A stretch of 64,000 bases of DNA from the NCBI GenBank assembly GCA_963555985.3, contig OY820591.1, positions 672,001-736,000 of the forward strand. The letters run 5' to 3'. The DNA comes from Dehalococcoidia bacterium. Its GTDB lineage: Bacteria > Chloroflexota > Dehalococcoidia > Bin125. Of the stretch, positions 37,359-46,689 are shown piece by piece. Both the position numbers and the translations under genes were made by a program. The stretch's first letter is position 1, and each line of letters opens with the position of its first letter. Below the pieces are notes generated by a model. The model did not search any database and had not been told where the DNA came from. It saw nothing but the letters and a program-made list of their open reading frames with translations.

Positions 37359-39023
37359 ATGGCTGAATTGACTGGCGCGCAGATTGTCGCCAAGTCCCTC
37401 AAGACTCAGGGCGTCCAGGAAATGTTTGGACTCGTCGGCGTGCCCGTCGTGCCGATCTCGATTGCCTGGATGCAGGAAGGCATGCCCTTCGTCGGCGTCC
37501 GCCACGAGCAGGCCGCCGGCTACGCGGCTCAGGCTGCGTCGTACATGCGCACCCACCTCTCCGCTGCGCTCGTCGTCTCCGGGCCGGGCATGACCAACGC
37601 GATCTCCGCGCTCGGCAACGCGCAGGCCAACTGCTGGCCGATGATCCTGATCGGCGGCGCCGCCAACGTCACGCTCTCGCAGATGGGCGACTTCCAGGAC
37701 GCGCCCCAGGTTGAGGCCGCCCGCCCCTTCGTCAAGTGGTCCGACCAGGCCCGCGACGTGCGTCTGATTCCGCGCCTGATCGCCCAGGCCACCCGCGCCG
37801 CCATTAATGGCCGCCCCGGTCCCGTCTACCTCGATCTGCCCGGCGACATCATCGACGCCAAGGTTGACGAAGACGAGGTTCGCTGGGCCCCCGCCGTCGA
37901 GGAACCAAGCCGCCCGATGGTCTCGAGCGAGTCCGTCGAGGCTGCAATCGAGGCGCTCAAGACCGCTTCCAACCCGCTCGTGATCGTAGGCAAGGGCATG
38001 GCTTGGTCTAAGGCCGAGCAGGAAGTCCAGGAGTTCGTCGACAAGACCGGTATCCCCTGGCTCGCCACGCCGATGGGCGCCGGCGTCGTCCCCGCCGACG
38101 CGCCCAACAACGCCGCCGCCGCCCGCACCCACGTGCTCCGCAACGCCGACCTGGTCGTGCTGTTGGGCGCGCGTTTCAACTGGATCCTCCACTTCGGCCG
38201 CCCGCCCCGCTTCCGCGAAGATGTGCGCGTGATCCAGCTCGACATCGAACCGGAGGAGATCGGCACCAACGTCCCCACCGAGGTCGCCCTCGTCGGCGAC
38301 GGCAAGGCCGTCATGGGCCAGCTCAACGAGTACCTGGACGAGAACCCCTGGCAGTTCGAGGACAACTCCGAGTGGATCGCTTCGATTAATGCCGAACTCG
38401 AGCGCAAGGCGGTCGACCAGGCCCAGTGGATGGCCTCCGACGAAGCGCCGATGAACTACTACCGCCCGCTCAAAGAAATCCAGGACCGGATGCCGCGCGA
38501 CGCCGTCTTCGTCACCGAAGGCGAGAACACGATGGCGATCGCCCGCCAGGTGATCCAGTCCTACGAGCCGCGCAAGCGCCTCGATGCCGGTACCTGGGGC
38601 ACGATGGGCGTCGGCCCCGGCTTTGCCCTCGCCGCTCAGGTCGTCAACCCCGGCAAGCGCGTGATCGCGCTCGAAGGCGACGCCGCCTTCGGCTTTGGCC
38701 CCTCCGAGGTCGAGACCGCCGTCCGCCACAAGCTGCCGATCACCTGGATCATTTTCAACAACAACGGCATCGGCGGCGGCGCGCCGGAACTGCCGGACGA
38801 GTACGGTCCGGGCGAGTTGTCACCGGGTCAGCTCACGCCCATGGCGCACTACGAGATGATCATGGAGGCCTTCGGCGGCAAGGGCTACTACTGCAGCAGC
38901 CCCGAAGAGCTCGAGGCCGCGCTCGACGACTCCTTCCAGCAAGAAGGCTCAACCCTGATCAACGTCGAGATCTCGCCGGGCGCCCAGCGCCGCCAGCAGC
39001 AGTTCGGCTGGCTCCAGCGCTAA
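37359..39023 (+). CDS. ThDP-dependent oxalyl-CoA decarboxylase / 2-hydroxyacyl-CoA lyase
   Basis: FGLVGVPV, RHEQAAGYAA, GDFQD, RLDAGTWGTMGVG, EGDAAFGF..E, NNNGI. Confidence 0.85.
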   Translation: MAELTGAQIVAKSLKTQGVQEMFGLVGVPVVPISIAWMQEGMPFVGVRHEQAAGYAAQAASYMRTHLSAALVVSGPGMTNAISALGNAQANCWPMILIGGAANVTLSQMGDFQDAPQVEAARPFVKWSDQARDVRLIPRLIAQATRAAINGRPGPVYLDLPGDIIDAKVDEDEVRWAPAVEEPSRPMVSSESVEAAIEALKTASNPLVIVGKGMAWSKAEQEVQEFVDKTGIPWLATPMGAGVVPADAPNNAAAARTHVLRNADLVVLLGARFNWILHFGRPPRFREDVRVIQLDIEPEEIGTNVPTEVALVGDGKAVMGQLNEYLDENPWQFEDNSEWIASINAELERKAVDQAQWMASDEAPMNYYRPLKEIQDRMPRDAVFVTEGENTMAIARQVIQSYEPRKRLDAGTWGTMGVGPGFALAAQVVNPGKRVIALEGDAAFGFGPSEVETAVRHKLPITWIIFNNNGIGGGAPELPDEYGPGELSPGQLTPMAHYEMIMEAFGGKGYYCSSPEELEAALDDSFQQEGSTLINVEISPGAQRRQQQFGWLQR

Positions 39024-39031
39024 AGGAACAA

Positions 39032-39065
39032 CCTCTCCCCCCGCATTGCGAGGGGAGAATGTCCC
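39032..39065. repeat. CTCCCCC..GGGGAG palindromic repeat between convergent genes
   Basis: CCTCTCCCCCCGCATTGCGAGGGGAGAATGTCCC. Confidence 0.55.
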
Positions 39066-39078
39066 GCCGAGACTCTCG

Positions 39079-40260
39079 CTAACTCTGAATCCAAACCCCC
39101 GGCACGTCCACTACGACCCAAACCGCATCCCCCGGCTCCAGCGTCCCCAGAGAATCCAGCGGCGCACCCGGGACCCAGATCAGCCATGTCTCCGTGACCG
39201 CATCCCAGCGGTACGCATGAGACAGCCCGGCGATCGATCCCAACGCCTCCGCTGCCGAGGCTGTCCTCCGCTGCCACGAAACCAGATTGCGCCCAGGCGC
39301 CAACGCGATCTCTACGCGCGCGCCGGGAGTCGCAAGCGGCGGCAGCCAGGCTCCGTCCTCCGCCAGCTCAGCCCAGACTGCCGATCCGGCGGGCAACCAC
39401 CGCTGTCCAACGAAGGCTGCGCTCGAAGCGGCGGGGTGATAGCGCTCGAAGTGCTGAATGTCGGCGTGCCAGAGATAGAACGCCACAATCGGCGCATTGA
39501 GCGACTGGAAGTGCGCCGCCACTGTCGTCTCGCTGGGCACGCCAACCATCCGCCAACCCCCAACCGGCGCTTCAATCGCGGGAGTCTCCTCCTCCGGCGG
39601 CGGCGAGGTCTCGGCAGGGGGTGGGTCCGGCGCCGAATTTGAATCCGGAGGCGCAGTCCATCCGGGAGCGTTAGTCGAGACGAACTCGCGCCCGTAGTGG
39701 AGGTTGTATTCGTCCGTCCAGGGCAGATCGTGTCCCTCAAGCGCATAGTTGTTGGTGAAGGGAATAGACGGCCCAAGAATTCCTCCACCGCGCGAATGAT
39801 GGATCGCGTAGTGGATGTGAGCCAAACCGTAGTTGTTGCACTCGAACTCTGGGCAGACCACAGCCACCTGCTCACCGACCGAGACCGCTGAGCCGCGCTG
39901 AAGCTGGCCAAGTGGGGAGACATGGCAAAGCAGATGCTCGAATCCCGCGGCGTCTGTGATCATCAGGCAGTCCCAAGCCCGCCACCGTACCGTGCCATCG
40001 ATTGGTGAGAGCACCGGTGTGTATGACGTGGTTTCGCGCGGTACTCGCACGAGGTCGATGGCGTGGGGATCGTTGTCGTCGTGGACGGAGTGCGAATCAG
40101 TGTTGTATCCGGCGACGACGCTCCAGGTGGTGCCCGCCGGAGCGGGAATGGGCACGCCTCCATCGGCGCGAACCGGCGCGGCGCACAGGACCCAGGCGAC
40201 GGCGACCAGCAGCGCGGCCAGAGCGACAGCGCGTAATGCGCGGTGTAGATGCCGGATCAT
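39079..40260 (-). CDS. Secreted M23-family metallopeptidase with two Trp-rich C-terminal domains
   Basis: Signal peptide, HAIDL, PVLSPIDGTV, CHV, AHIHY; PGRNLVSW..YRWD..W..PG..EPGDAVWV. Confidence 0.72.
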   Translation of the reverse strand: MIRHLHRALRAVALAALLVAVAWVLCAAPVRADGGVPIPAPAGTTWSVVAGYNTDSHSVHDDNDPHAIDLVRVPRETTSYTPVLSPIDGTVRWRAWDCLMITDAAGFEHLLCHVSPLGQLQRGSAVSVGEQVAVVCPEFECNNYGLAHIHYAIHHSRGGGILGPSIPFTNNYALEGHDLPWTDEYNLHYGREFVSTNAPGWTAPPDSNSAPDPPPAETSPPPEEETPAIEAPVGGWRMVGVPSETTVAAHFQSLNAPIVAFYLWHADIQHFERYHPAASSAAFVGQRWLPAGSAVWAELAEDGAWLPPLATPGARVEIALAPGRNLVSWQRRTASAAEALGSIAGLSHAYRWDAVTETWLIWVPGAPLDSLGTLEPGDAVWVVVDVPGVWIQS

Positions 40261-40424
40261 CTCGCGCCCTCTCCCATCGTCCCGAAGCACCGAGCGGATG
40301 CACGTTGTTCCTATCTGGAACGGAATGCTCTTCCATTCTGCCAAGTTTCCGCGATCAGGTCGTAAGATCAAAGCGTGGATCATTAGCAGGGACAGCTCCG
40401 ATGGCGGATCGAAAGGATGGGGGC

Positions 40425-41375
40425 ATGAAGTACCGGCGCTTGGGTAATTCCGGCTTGCAGGTCTCGCTCGCAGGACTGGGAACGAACAACTTCGGCATGA
40501 GGCTCGATTACGAACGGTCGAAGTCGGTGGTGGATGCAGCGCTGGATGCCGGGATCAATTTCTTCGACACGGCCGACATCTACGGTGGCGGTCTGTCGGA
40601 GGAGTACTTGGGCCGCGCGCTGGGTTCGCGCCGAGAGGACGTGCTGATCGCGACCAAGTTTGCGATGCCGGTCGGCGAGGGCCCATTCACGCGCGGCGGT
40701 TCGCGCCACTACATCGAGAAGGCGGTCGCGCGCTCGCTGAAGCGCCTGGGCACCGACTACATCGACGTGTACCAAATGCATCAACCGGACTCGGAGACGC
40801 CGATCGCAGAGACGCTGGAGGCGCTGACCGACCTCGTACATCGAGGCGTCGTGCGCTACATCGGCCACTCCAACTTCACGGGCTGGCAGATCGCCGATGC
40901 GGATTGGACGGCGCGCAGCCGCGGACTCGAGCGGTTCGTTTCGGCGCAGAATGAATGGAGCCTGCTGGAGCGCAAGATCGAGCCGGAGATCATGCCTGCC
41001 TGCCGTGAGTTCGGCTTGGGCCAGCTCCCGTTCTTCCCGCTCGCCTCGGGCTTTCTAACCGGTAAGTACCGGCGCGGTGAGGCTTTGCCGGAGGGAACGA
41101 GACTCGCTGCTTGGGCGAAAGCGATGCCGGCGCGGATCGACACACTGACCGCCGATGCAAACTTCGACAAACTCGACGCGCTCACCTCGTTCGCGGAGGA
41201 GCGTGGGCATACGATTCTTGATCTGGCATTGAGCTGGCTGGCGAGTGATCCGGCGGTCTCGTCGGTGATTGCCGGAGCTACGCGGCCAGAGCAGATCGAG
41301 GCGAACGTGACCGCCACGCTCTCTTGGGAACTGAGCGCGGAGGACTACGCCGGCGTGGATGCGATCCTGAGCTAG
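40425..41375 (+). CDS. Aldo/keto reductase
   Basis: GLGTNNFG, FFDTADIYG, SLKRLGTDYID.YQ.H, FPLASGFLTGKY. Confidence 0.93.
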   Translation: MKYRRLGNSGLQVSLAGLGTNNFGMRLDYERSKSVVDAALDAGINFFDTADIYGGGLSEEYLGRALGSRREDVLIATKFAMPVGEGPFTRGGSRHYIEKAVARSLKRLGTDYIDVYQMHQPDSETPIAETLEALTDLVHRGVVRYIGHSNFTGWQIADADWTARSRGLERFVSAQNEWSLLERKIEPEIMPACREFGLGQLPFFPLASGFLTGKYRRGEALPEGTRLAAWAKAMPARIDTLTADANFDKLDALTSFAEERGHTILDLALSWLASDPAVSSVIAGATRPEQIEANVTATLSWELSAEDYAGVDAILS

Positions 41376-41403
41376 CGCACGTTTTTCGTTCAAGACACGG
41401 TTG

Positions 41404-42333
41404 ATGATGTTCACACGAGCCAATCTGGCAGCGTTTGCTGCGCTCGGCGCGGGTTCTGCGCTCTATGCGTGGTGGGAGTCGACTGCGGTCGAGATCACAC
41501 GTCGGCCGCTTTACGTGCCCGACTTGCCGCCCGGCCTGGACGGACTGCGGGTGCTGCACATCAGCGACACGCATTTCCCGGAATCGGCGGACTCCGTGGG
41601 GCGGTTTCTCGAATTGATCTGGCCGCTCGAATACGACCTGATCGTGTGCACCGGCGACTATGTGGAAACGGCGGCCGGCTGGAACGCTGCGGGGGACGCG
41701 CTGACGCAGTTACGCGCGCCGTTCGGCGTCTACGCGAGCTTGGGGGCGCACGACTATTGCGCTCCAGTGCGTACGCTGGGATCGTGGTTGCAGTTCAACT
41801 CCGATCGCTTGCGGCATCGGCGCAGACGCATGGTTAATCCGGCTCCGTTTGTCGAGCGGCTCGAGGCGGCGGGAATCGTCGTGCTGCGCAATGAGTGGAG
41901 ATCAGCCGAGATCGGCGGAGAGCTCGTTCGGATCGCCGGAGCGGGAGACGCATCAGTGGGCATGGCGCACTTGGAGCGGGCGCTGCCTCCTGCGGATTTG
42001 ACCCCGGCGTCTTTCCAGATGTTGCTGACCCATAGCCCGGATGCCGTTTTTCGCCTGAGTCCAAGCAGCCGAGAGCCTCGCTTGGTGTTCTGCGGACACA
42101 CGCACGGGGGCCAGATTCGCGTGCCTGGATGGGGCGCGCCCGTCCGTCACTCCAATCTGGTCACGAGAGAGCGGGCGGCGGGTGTGTTTCACCCGTACGG
42201 GCCTGAAGGGCCGCAAGTGATTGTCAGCCGCGGCTTCGGTACGGCGTTCGTGCCTTTTCGATTTGCTTGCCGGCCGGAACTTGGCCTGTACGAATTGCGC
42301 CGCGCGGAGTCTGCCGGACACGCGGGTTTGTAA
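41404..42333 (+). CDS. Calcineurin-like metallophosphoesterase (YkuE-like)
   Basis: HISDTH, TGDY, LGAHD, LLTHSPD, GHTHGGQI, VSRGFG, RPE. Confidence 0.88.
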   Translation: MMFTRANLAAFAALGAGSALYAWWESTAVEITRRPLYVPDLPPGLDGLRVLHISDTHFPESADSVGRFLELIWPLEYDLIVCTGDYVETAAGWNAAGDALTQLRAPFGVYASLGAHDYCAPVRTLGSWLQFNSDRLRHRRRRMVNPAPFVERLEAAGIVVLRNEWRSAEIGGELVRIAGAGDASVGMAHLERALPPADLTPASFQMLLTHSPDAVFRLSPSSREPRLVFCGHTHGGQIRVPGWGAPVRHSNLVTRERAAGVFHPYGPEGPQVIVSRGFGTAFVPFRFACRPELGLYELRRAESAGHAGL

Positions 42334-42383
42334 CCGATCGGCAACGAAAGTCGGCGATTTTTCCTGCTAGACTCGGGATGCAC

Positions 42384-42553
42384 GCAGCCGAACTTAGCGC
42401 TGACTCGAGTGAGAACGACAGTTGGCGCCGAGGCGGGGAACCCACCATACGAGGGGTGAAGCGGGCGGACGAGCGAGCCGTCACGGCTTGATCGCACGCC
42501 GGCCGATGACCTGAACATCGAACCCGACAGCTGACCCCGCAGGCATGTTCAGG
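42384..42553 (+). ncRNA. c-di-AMP riboswitch (ydaO/yuaA class)
   Basis: GCCGAA..stem..GCGGGGAACC, GGGGTGAA, CGAACCCGACAGCTGACCCCGCAGGC; GCGGGG/CCCCGC and CCTGAACAT/ATGTTCAGG pairings; sits in the 5' leader of the next gene. Confidence 0.85.
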
Positions 42554-42672
42554 GCGGACGCAGGACCAACGCGGGCGTGATCGAGCCTGGCTCGCCACGA
42601 TCGCCCTTCCTCCGCCGAGCGGCCGCGGGCTGCGCAGACAGCCGCCAATTCTCGCCTGAGGAGGAGTGATCG

Positions 42673-44097
42673 ATGACCACAGAAACCTATAACCCCGCTG
42701 CACTCGGAGCCGACGACTTCGCCTCGGAGCACTACCAGGCGATCAATCTGCACAATTTCGAGAAGCTCCCGCAGATCCAGGAGCTGCCGGACGAGATCAT
42801 TCACGACATTCATGTCGTGGGCCGGGTGCTCCCGTTCAAGTCAAATCGTTACGTCGTTGACCACCTGATCGACTGGGATGATCCGCTCAACGACGGCATG
42901 TTCAAGCTGACCTTCCCGCAGCGCGACATGCTCTCGCCGACGCACTTCAGCACGATGTCGGCGGCGATTGACAGCGGCAAGAACGCGCGCGAGCTGAAGG
43001 TCGTCGCGGATGAGATGCGGATGACGCTGAACCCGCATCCCGCTGGCCAGATGGAGCACAACATGCCCCAGCTGGACGGGATGCCGCTGGAAGGGATGCA
43101 GCACAAGTACCGCGAGACGGTGCTGTTCTTCCCGTCGCAGGGGCAGACCTGTCACGCCTACTGCACCTTCTGCTTCCGCTGGCCGCAGTTCGTGGGGCTG
43201 GAGGGCAAGAAGTTCGCAATGCGCGAGGGTGAGCGACTGCGCGGCTACCTGGCCCAGCATCACGAGGTTTCCGACGTGCTCTTCACCGGCGGAGACCCGC
43301 TGATCATGAAGACGAAGACGCTCCGCGACTACATCGAGCCTCTGACCAAGCCCGACGCGGGTCACAACCTGCGTACGGTGCGGATCGGCTCGAAGGCGAT
43401 CGCCTACTGGCCGCACCGCTTCGTCTACGACGACGACGCTGAGGACTTGCTCAACCTGTTCCGCGAAGTGACCGGCGCGGGAATGCAGCTCGCGCTGATG
43501 GCGCACTTCAACCATCCCGCAGAGCTGCGGACTTCCGTTGCACTGGAGGCGGTCCGCCGGATTCGTGAGACTGGCGCGCAGATCCGCACGCAGACGCCGC
43601 TGCTGAAGCACATCAATGCCGACTCCCAGCTGTTGGCCGACATGTGGGCCGAGCAGACTCAGGCCGGCTGCGTGCCGTACTACCTGTTCGTCGCGCGCGA
43701 CACCGGCGCGAAGCGCTACTTCGAGCTTCCGCTGGTCGATTGCCAGGAGATCTTCCGCGGCGCCTACCAGCGCGTATCCGGCGTAGCCAGGACAGTGCGT
43801 GGCCCGTCCATGTCTGCCGGTCCCGGCAAAGTCCAGATTCTCGGTGTCTCCGAGCATCGCGGCGAGAAACTCATTATCCTTCGCTTCCTCCAGGGCCGCG
43901 ACCCGGATTGGGTCGGCAAGCCGTTCTTCGCCAAGTACAGCGACACGGCAAGCTGGCTCGACGAGCTTGAGCCGGCCGAGGGCGACGAGTTCTTCTTCGA
44001 GGAACGCCTGCGCGAGCTGCTGGCGGAAGAGGGTTCGCCCTGGGCTCGCCCTGAAATCGCGATCCAGCTCCTCGATACAGCCGCCGCGGGCGGATAG
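42673..44097 (+). CDS. KamA-family radical SAM/PLP 2,3-aminomutase
   Basis: HKYRETVL, CHAYCTFCFR (CxxxCxxC), DVLFTGGDPL, AHFNHP.EL, PYYLF, GPGKV (PLP Lys). Confidence 0.88.
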   Translation: MTTETYNPAALGADDFASEHYQAINLHNFEKLPQIQELPDEIIHDIHVVGRVLPFKSNRYVVDHLIDWDDPLNDGMFKLTFPQRDMLSPTHFSTMSAAIDSGKNARELKVVADEMRMTLNPHPAGQMEHNMPQLDGMPLEGMQHKYRETVLFFPSQGQTCHAYCTFCFRWPQFVGLEGKKFAMREGERLRGYLAQHHEVSDVLFTGGDPLIMKTKTLRDYIEPLTKPDAGHNLRTVRIGSKAIAYWPHRFVYDDDAEDLLNLFREVTGAGMQLALMAHFNHPAELRTSVALEAVRRIRETGAQIRTQTPLLKHINADSQLLADMWAEQTQAGCVPYYLFVARDTGAKRYFELPLVDCQEIFRGAYQRVSGVARTVRGPSMSAGPGKVQILGVSEHRGEKLIILRFLQGRDPDWVGKPFFAKYSDTASWLDELEPAEGDEFFFEERLRELLAEEGSPWARPEIAIQLLDTAAAGG

Positions 44098-44107
44098 ACG
44101 GTTCGGC

Positions 44108-44539
44108 GTGACTGGCGCCGCTGCGGAGGTTGTCGATCCGGTCGTGCGACCGGGCACGCCTGCGTTTCGTTGCCTGGCGGACGAGTGCGGCGCGATGTGC
44201 TGTCGCAACCCGTACCGTGTGGACTTGGGAGAGGACGAGGTCGCTCGCCTGGCTCGTGAGGTCGACGTGTCGACCGTGCTAGACGAGCGAGCGTCGATGG
44301 TTCTGATGCGCCAGGTCGGCGACGCGTGCGTGCTGCTGACTGAGGATCGGCGCTGCGCGGGCTACGCTGTGCGGCCGAACGGCTGCCGTGATTACCCATT
44401 CCGCGTCGTCAGCGAACCGGGCGGAGATCCGACGCTCGTGCGCGATCTCGCCTGTCCCGGATTCGTTGGGCCGCCTCTGAGCGAGTCTGAGTACGAAGAA
44501 CTGCTCCGGCTGCTGCTGCCGATGTCAAAGCAGCCCTGA
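44108..44539 (+). CDS. YkgJ-family cysteine-cluster (Fe-S/Zn) protein
   Basis: FRC...CG.MCC, C.LL....C.GY..RP.GCRDYPF. Confidence 0.78.
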   Translation: MTGAAAEVVDPVVRPGTPAFRCLADECGAMCCRNPYRVDLGEDEVARLAREVDVSTVLDERASMVLMRQVGDACVLLTEDRRCAGYAVRPNGCRDYPFRVVSEPGGDPTLVRDLACPGFVGPPLSESEYEELLRLLLPMSKQP

Positions 44540-44875
44540 GACCTTCTCGACGAATCGACTGACGGCAACGAGAGCCCGCCTGACATTCTCAGGGCTATCC
44601 CAATTCTCGTAGAAATTGACATGAAGCTGGTTCGCCACCTGGAACAACAGATAGATATCGTCGTCGTCCGCCTCAGTCGATAGCCGGTCAACGGCTCGGT
44701 AGAGCGCTGCATGGTCACGGTGAGGCAAACCCCGCTGTTCCGCAGCGGCTTTGACGATCTGCGCGGCGGCGCTCCAACCCTTCTCCGAAGCCTGGCGCAC
44801 GTCGTCAGCGGCGAGTTCCGCCTCGGCTTGCGCCAACAGCGTCATGCTGGCTTCGTGATATGCCCGTGTCGTCAT
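44525..44875 (-). CDS. PaREP1-family (HEPN-like) protein
   Basis: QASEKGW.AAAQ.VKA, H..L, LHVNFYE. Confidence 0.78.
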   Translation of the reverse strand: MTTRAYHEASMTLLAQAEAELAADDVRQASEKGWSAAAQIVKAAAEQRGLPHRDHAALYRAVDRLSTEADDDDIYLLFQVANQLHVNFYENWDSPENVRRALVAVSRFVEKVSGLL

Positions 44876-44970
44876 GCGGCCTCGCCTTCCGTCGGTACAG
44901 CCTAGCCGCCTGTCGGCGTTCGTCGATGTCTCCGTATACTCGACCTGCACAGGAAGAGTGGAGGCGTCTG

Positions 44971-46647
44971 ATGCTCGATTCGGCCACGATTGCGGCTCTG
45001 CGCAAGTCTCGCGCGGCTTGGGACCAGCGCGTTGAGGATGAGGGACGCGAGCGCCCCGGACCCTTCATGACGGTCTCTTCCCGTCCAGTTGAGCGCTTGT
45101 ACGACGCATCGACGCTGGCCGATTCCGGCTGGGATGTCGAACGCGATCTCGGTCTCCCGGGTGAGTATCCCTTCACACGCGGGGTGCATCCCACCGGCTA
45201 TCGCGGCCGGCCGTGGACGATCCGGATGTTCGCCGGCTTCGGTTCGGCCGAAGAGACGAACGCCCGCTTCCGGCGGCTGCTGGACGACGGCCAGACGGGG
45301 CTGTCGATCGCCTTCGATATGCCGACGCTGATGGGCTACGACCACGATGATGAGCTCGCGGCGGGGGAGTTCGGCAAGTGCGGCGTGGCGGTGTCCTCGC
45401 TGGCGGACATGGAGCTCCTGCTCGACGAGTTGCCGCTCGACAAGATCACGACCTCGATGACGATCAACTCGCCGGCGGCGCCGATTTGGGCGATGTACAT
45501 CGCGGCGGCGGAGAAGCGCGGGATTGATCGTTCGCTGCTGGGCGGAACGCTCCAGAACGACATCCTGAAGGAGTACATCGCGCAGAACGAGTTCGTGTTT
45601 CCTCCGCGGCCGTCGATGCGGCTGGTGACGGACACCGTCGAATTCGCATCGGAGTACATGCCGCGCTGGAATTCGATCTCGGTCTCCGGCTACCACATCC
45701 GCGAGGCCGGTTCGACGGCGGCCCAAGAACTCGCCTTCACGCTCGCCGACGGCATGGAGTACGTGCGCTGGGCGCTGGAGCGCGGCTTGCACGTGGACGA
45801 GTTCGCGCCGCGGCTCTCGTTCTTCTTCAACAGCCATAACGACTTCTTCGAGGAGATCGCGAAGTTCCGCGCCGCGCGCCGAATCTGGGCGCGCGAGATG
45901 CGCGAGACGTTTGGGGCGGAGAATCCGCGCTCGTGGTGGATGCGCTTCCACACGCAGACGGCGGGCGTCTCGTTGACGGACGTTCAGCCCGAAGTGAACT
46001 TGCTGCGCGTGACCATTCAGGCGCTGGCGGCGGTGCTCGGCGGTACGCAATCGCTGCACACCGACGCGATGGACGAGGCGCTGGCCTTGCCTTCGGAGAA
46101 GGCAGCGCGGCTGGCCGTTCGGACGCAGCAGGTGATCATGCATGAATCCGGGGCGATCAACACGGTCGATCCGCTTGGCGGCTCCTACTTTGTAGAACAG
46201 CTGACCAACGAGATCGAGCGCGAGACGTATGAGTACTTCGAGAAGATCGAGGCGCTCGGTGGTGTGATCGCATCGATCGAGACCGGCTACTTCCAGAAGG
46301 AAATCGCGGACGCTTCGGCTCGCTTCCAGCGCGAGATCGAGCGGGACGAGCGGACGATTGTCGGAGTCAACGACTTCGAGCTTGAGGAGCCGCTGGAGAT
46401 TCCGATCCTGAAGATGGATCCGCAGGGTGAAGCTCGTCACCTGGAGCGGCTGCGCCGAACCCGTGCGGAACGCGATCCGGACGCGGCTGCGTCGGCGTTG
46501 GTTGAGTTGGCGAACGTGTGCCGCGATCCGCGCGCGAATTCGATGCCGCAGATGCTCGATGCTGTGAACAGCTATTGCACGCTGGGGGAGATCATGAACA
46601 CGATGCGCGATGTGTTCGGGGAGCATCGCGAGCACGTGGTGCTGTGA
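44971..46647 (+). CDS. B12-dependent acyl-CoA mutase large subunit (isobutyryl-CoA mutase-type specificity residues)
   Basis: [51 protein letters not shown]; no B12-binding domain. Confidence 0.9.
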   Translation: MLDSATIAALRKSRAAWDQRVEDEGRERPGPFMTVSSRPVERLYDASTLADSGWDVERDLGLPGEYPFTRGVHPTGYRGRPWTIRMFAGFGSAEETNARFRRLLDDGQTGLSIAFDMPTLMGYDHDDELAAGEFGKCGVAVSSLADMELLLDELPLDKITTSMTINSPAAPIWAMYIAAAEKRGIDRSLLGGTLQNDILKEYIAQNEFVFPPRPSMRLVTDTVEFASEYMPRWNSISVSGYHIREAGSTAAQELAFTLADGMEYVRWALERGLHVDEFAPRLSFFFNSHNDFFEEIAKFRAARRIWAREMRETFGAENPRSWWMRFHTQTAGVSLTDVQPEVNLLRVTIQALAAVLGGTQSLHTDAMDEALALPSEKAARLAVRTQQVIMHESGAINTVDPLGGSYFVEQLTNEIERETYEYFEKIEALGGVIASIETGYFQKEIADASARFQREIERDERTIVGVNDFELEEPLEIPILKMDPQGEARHLERLRRTRAERDPDAAASALVELANVCRDPRANSMPQMLDAVNSYCTLGEIMNTMRDVFGEHREHVVL

Positions 46648-46689
46648 TTGCTTGCGTCACAGACTGCGATTCCGTGAAGGGAGCACATC

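Noticed and set aside
37341-38729. 462-aa minus-strand ORF (likewise 44902-46635, 42841-44208 and 56159-57880)
   Set aside because: Antisense to clearly identified genes; no independent coding signal.
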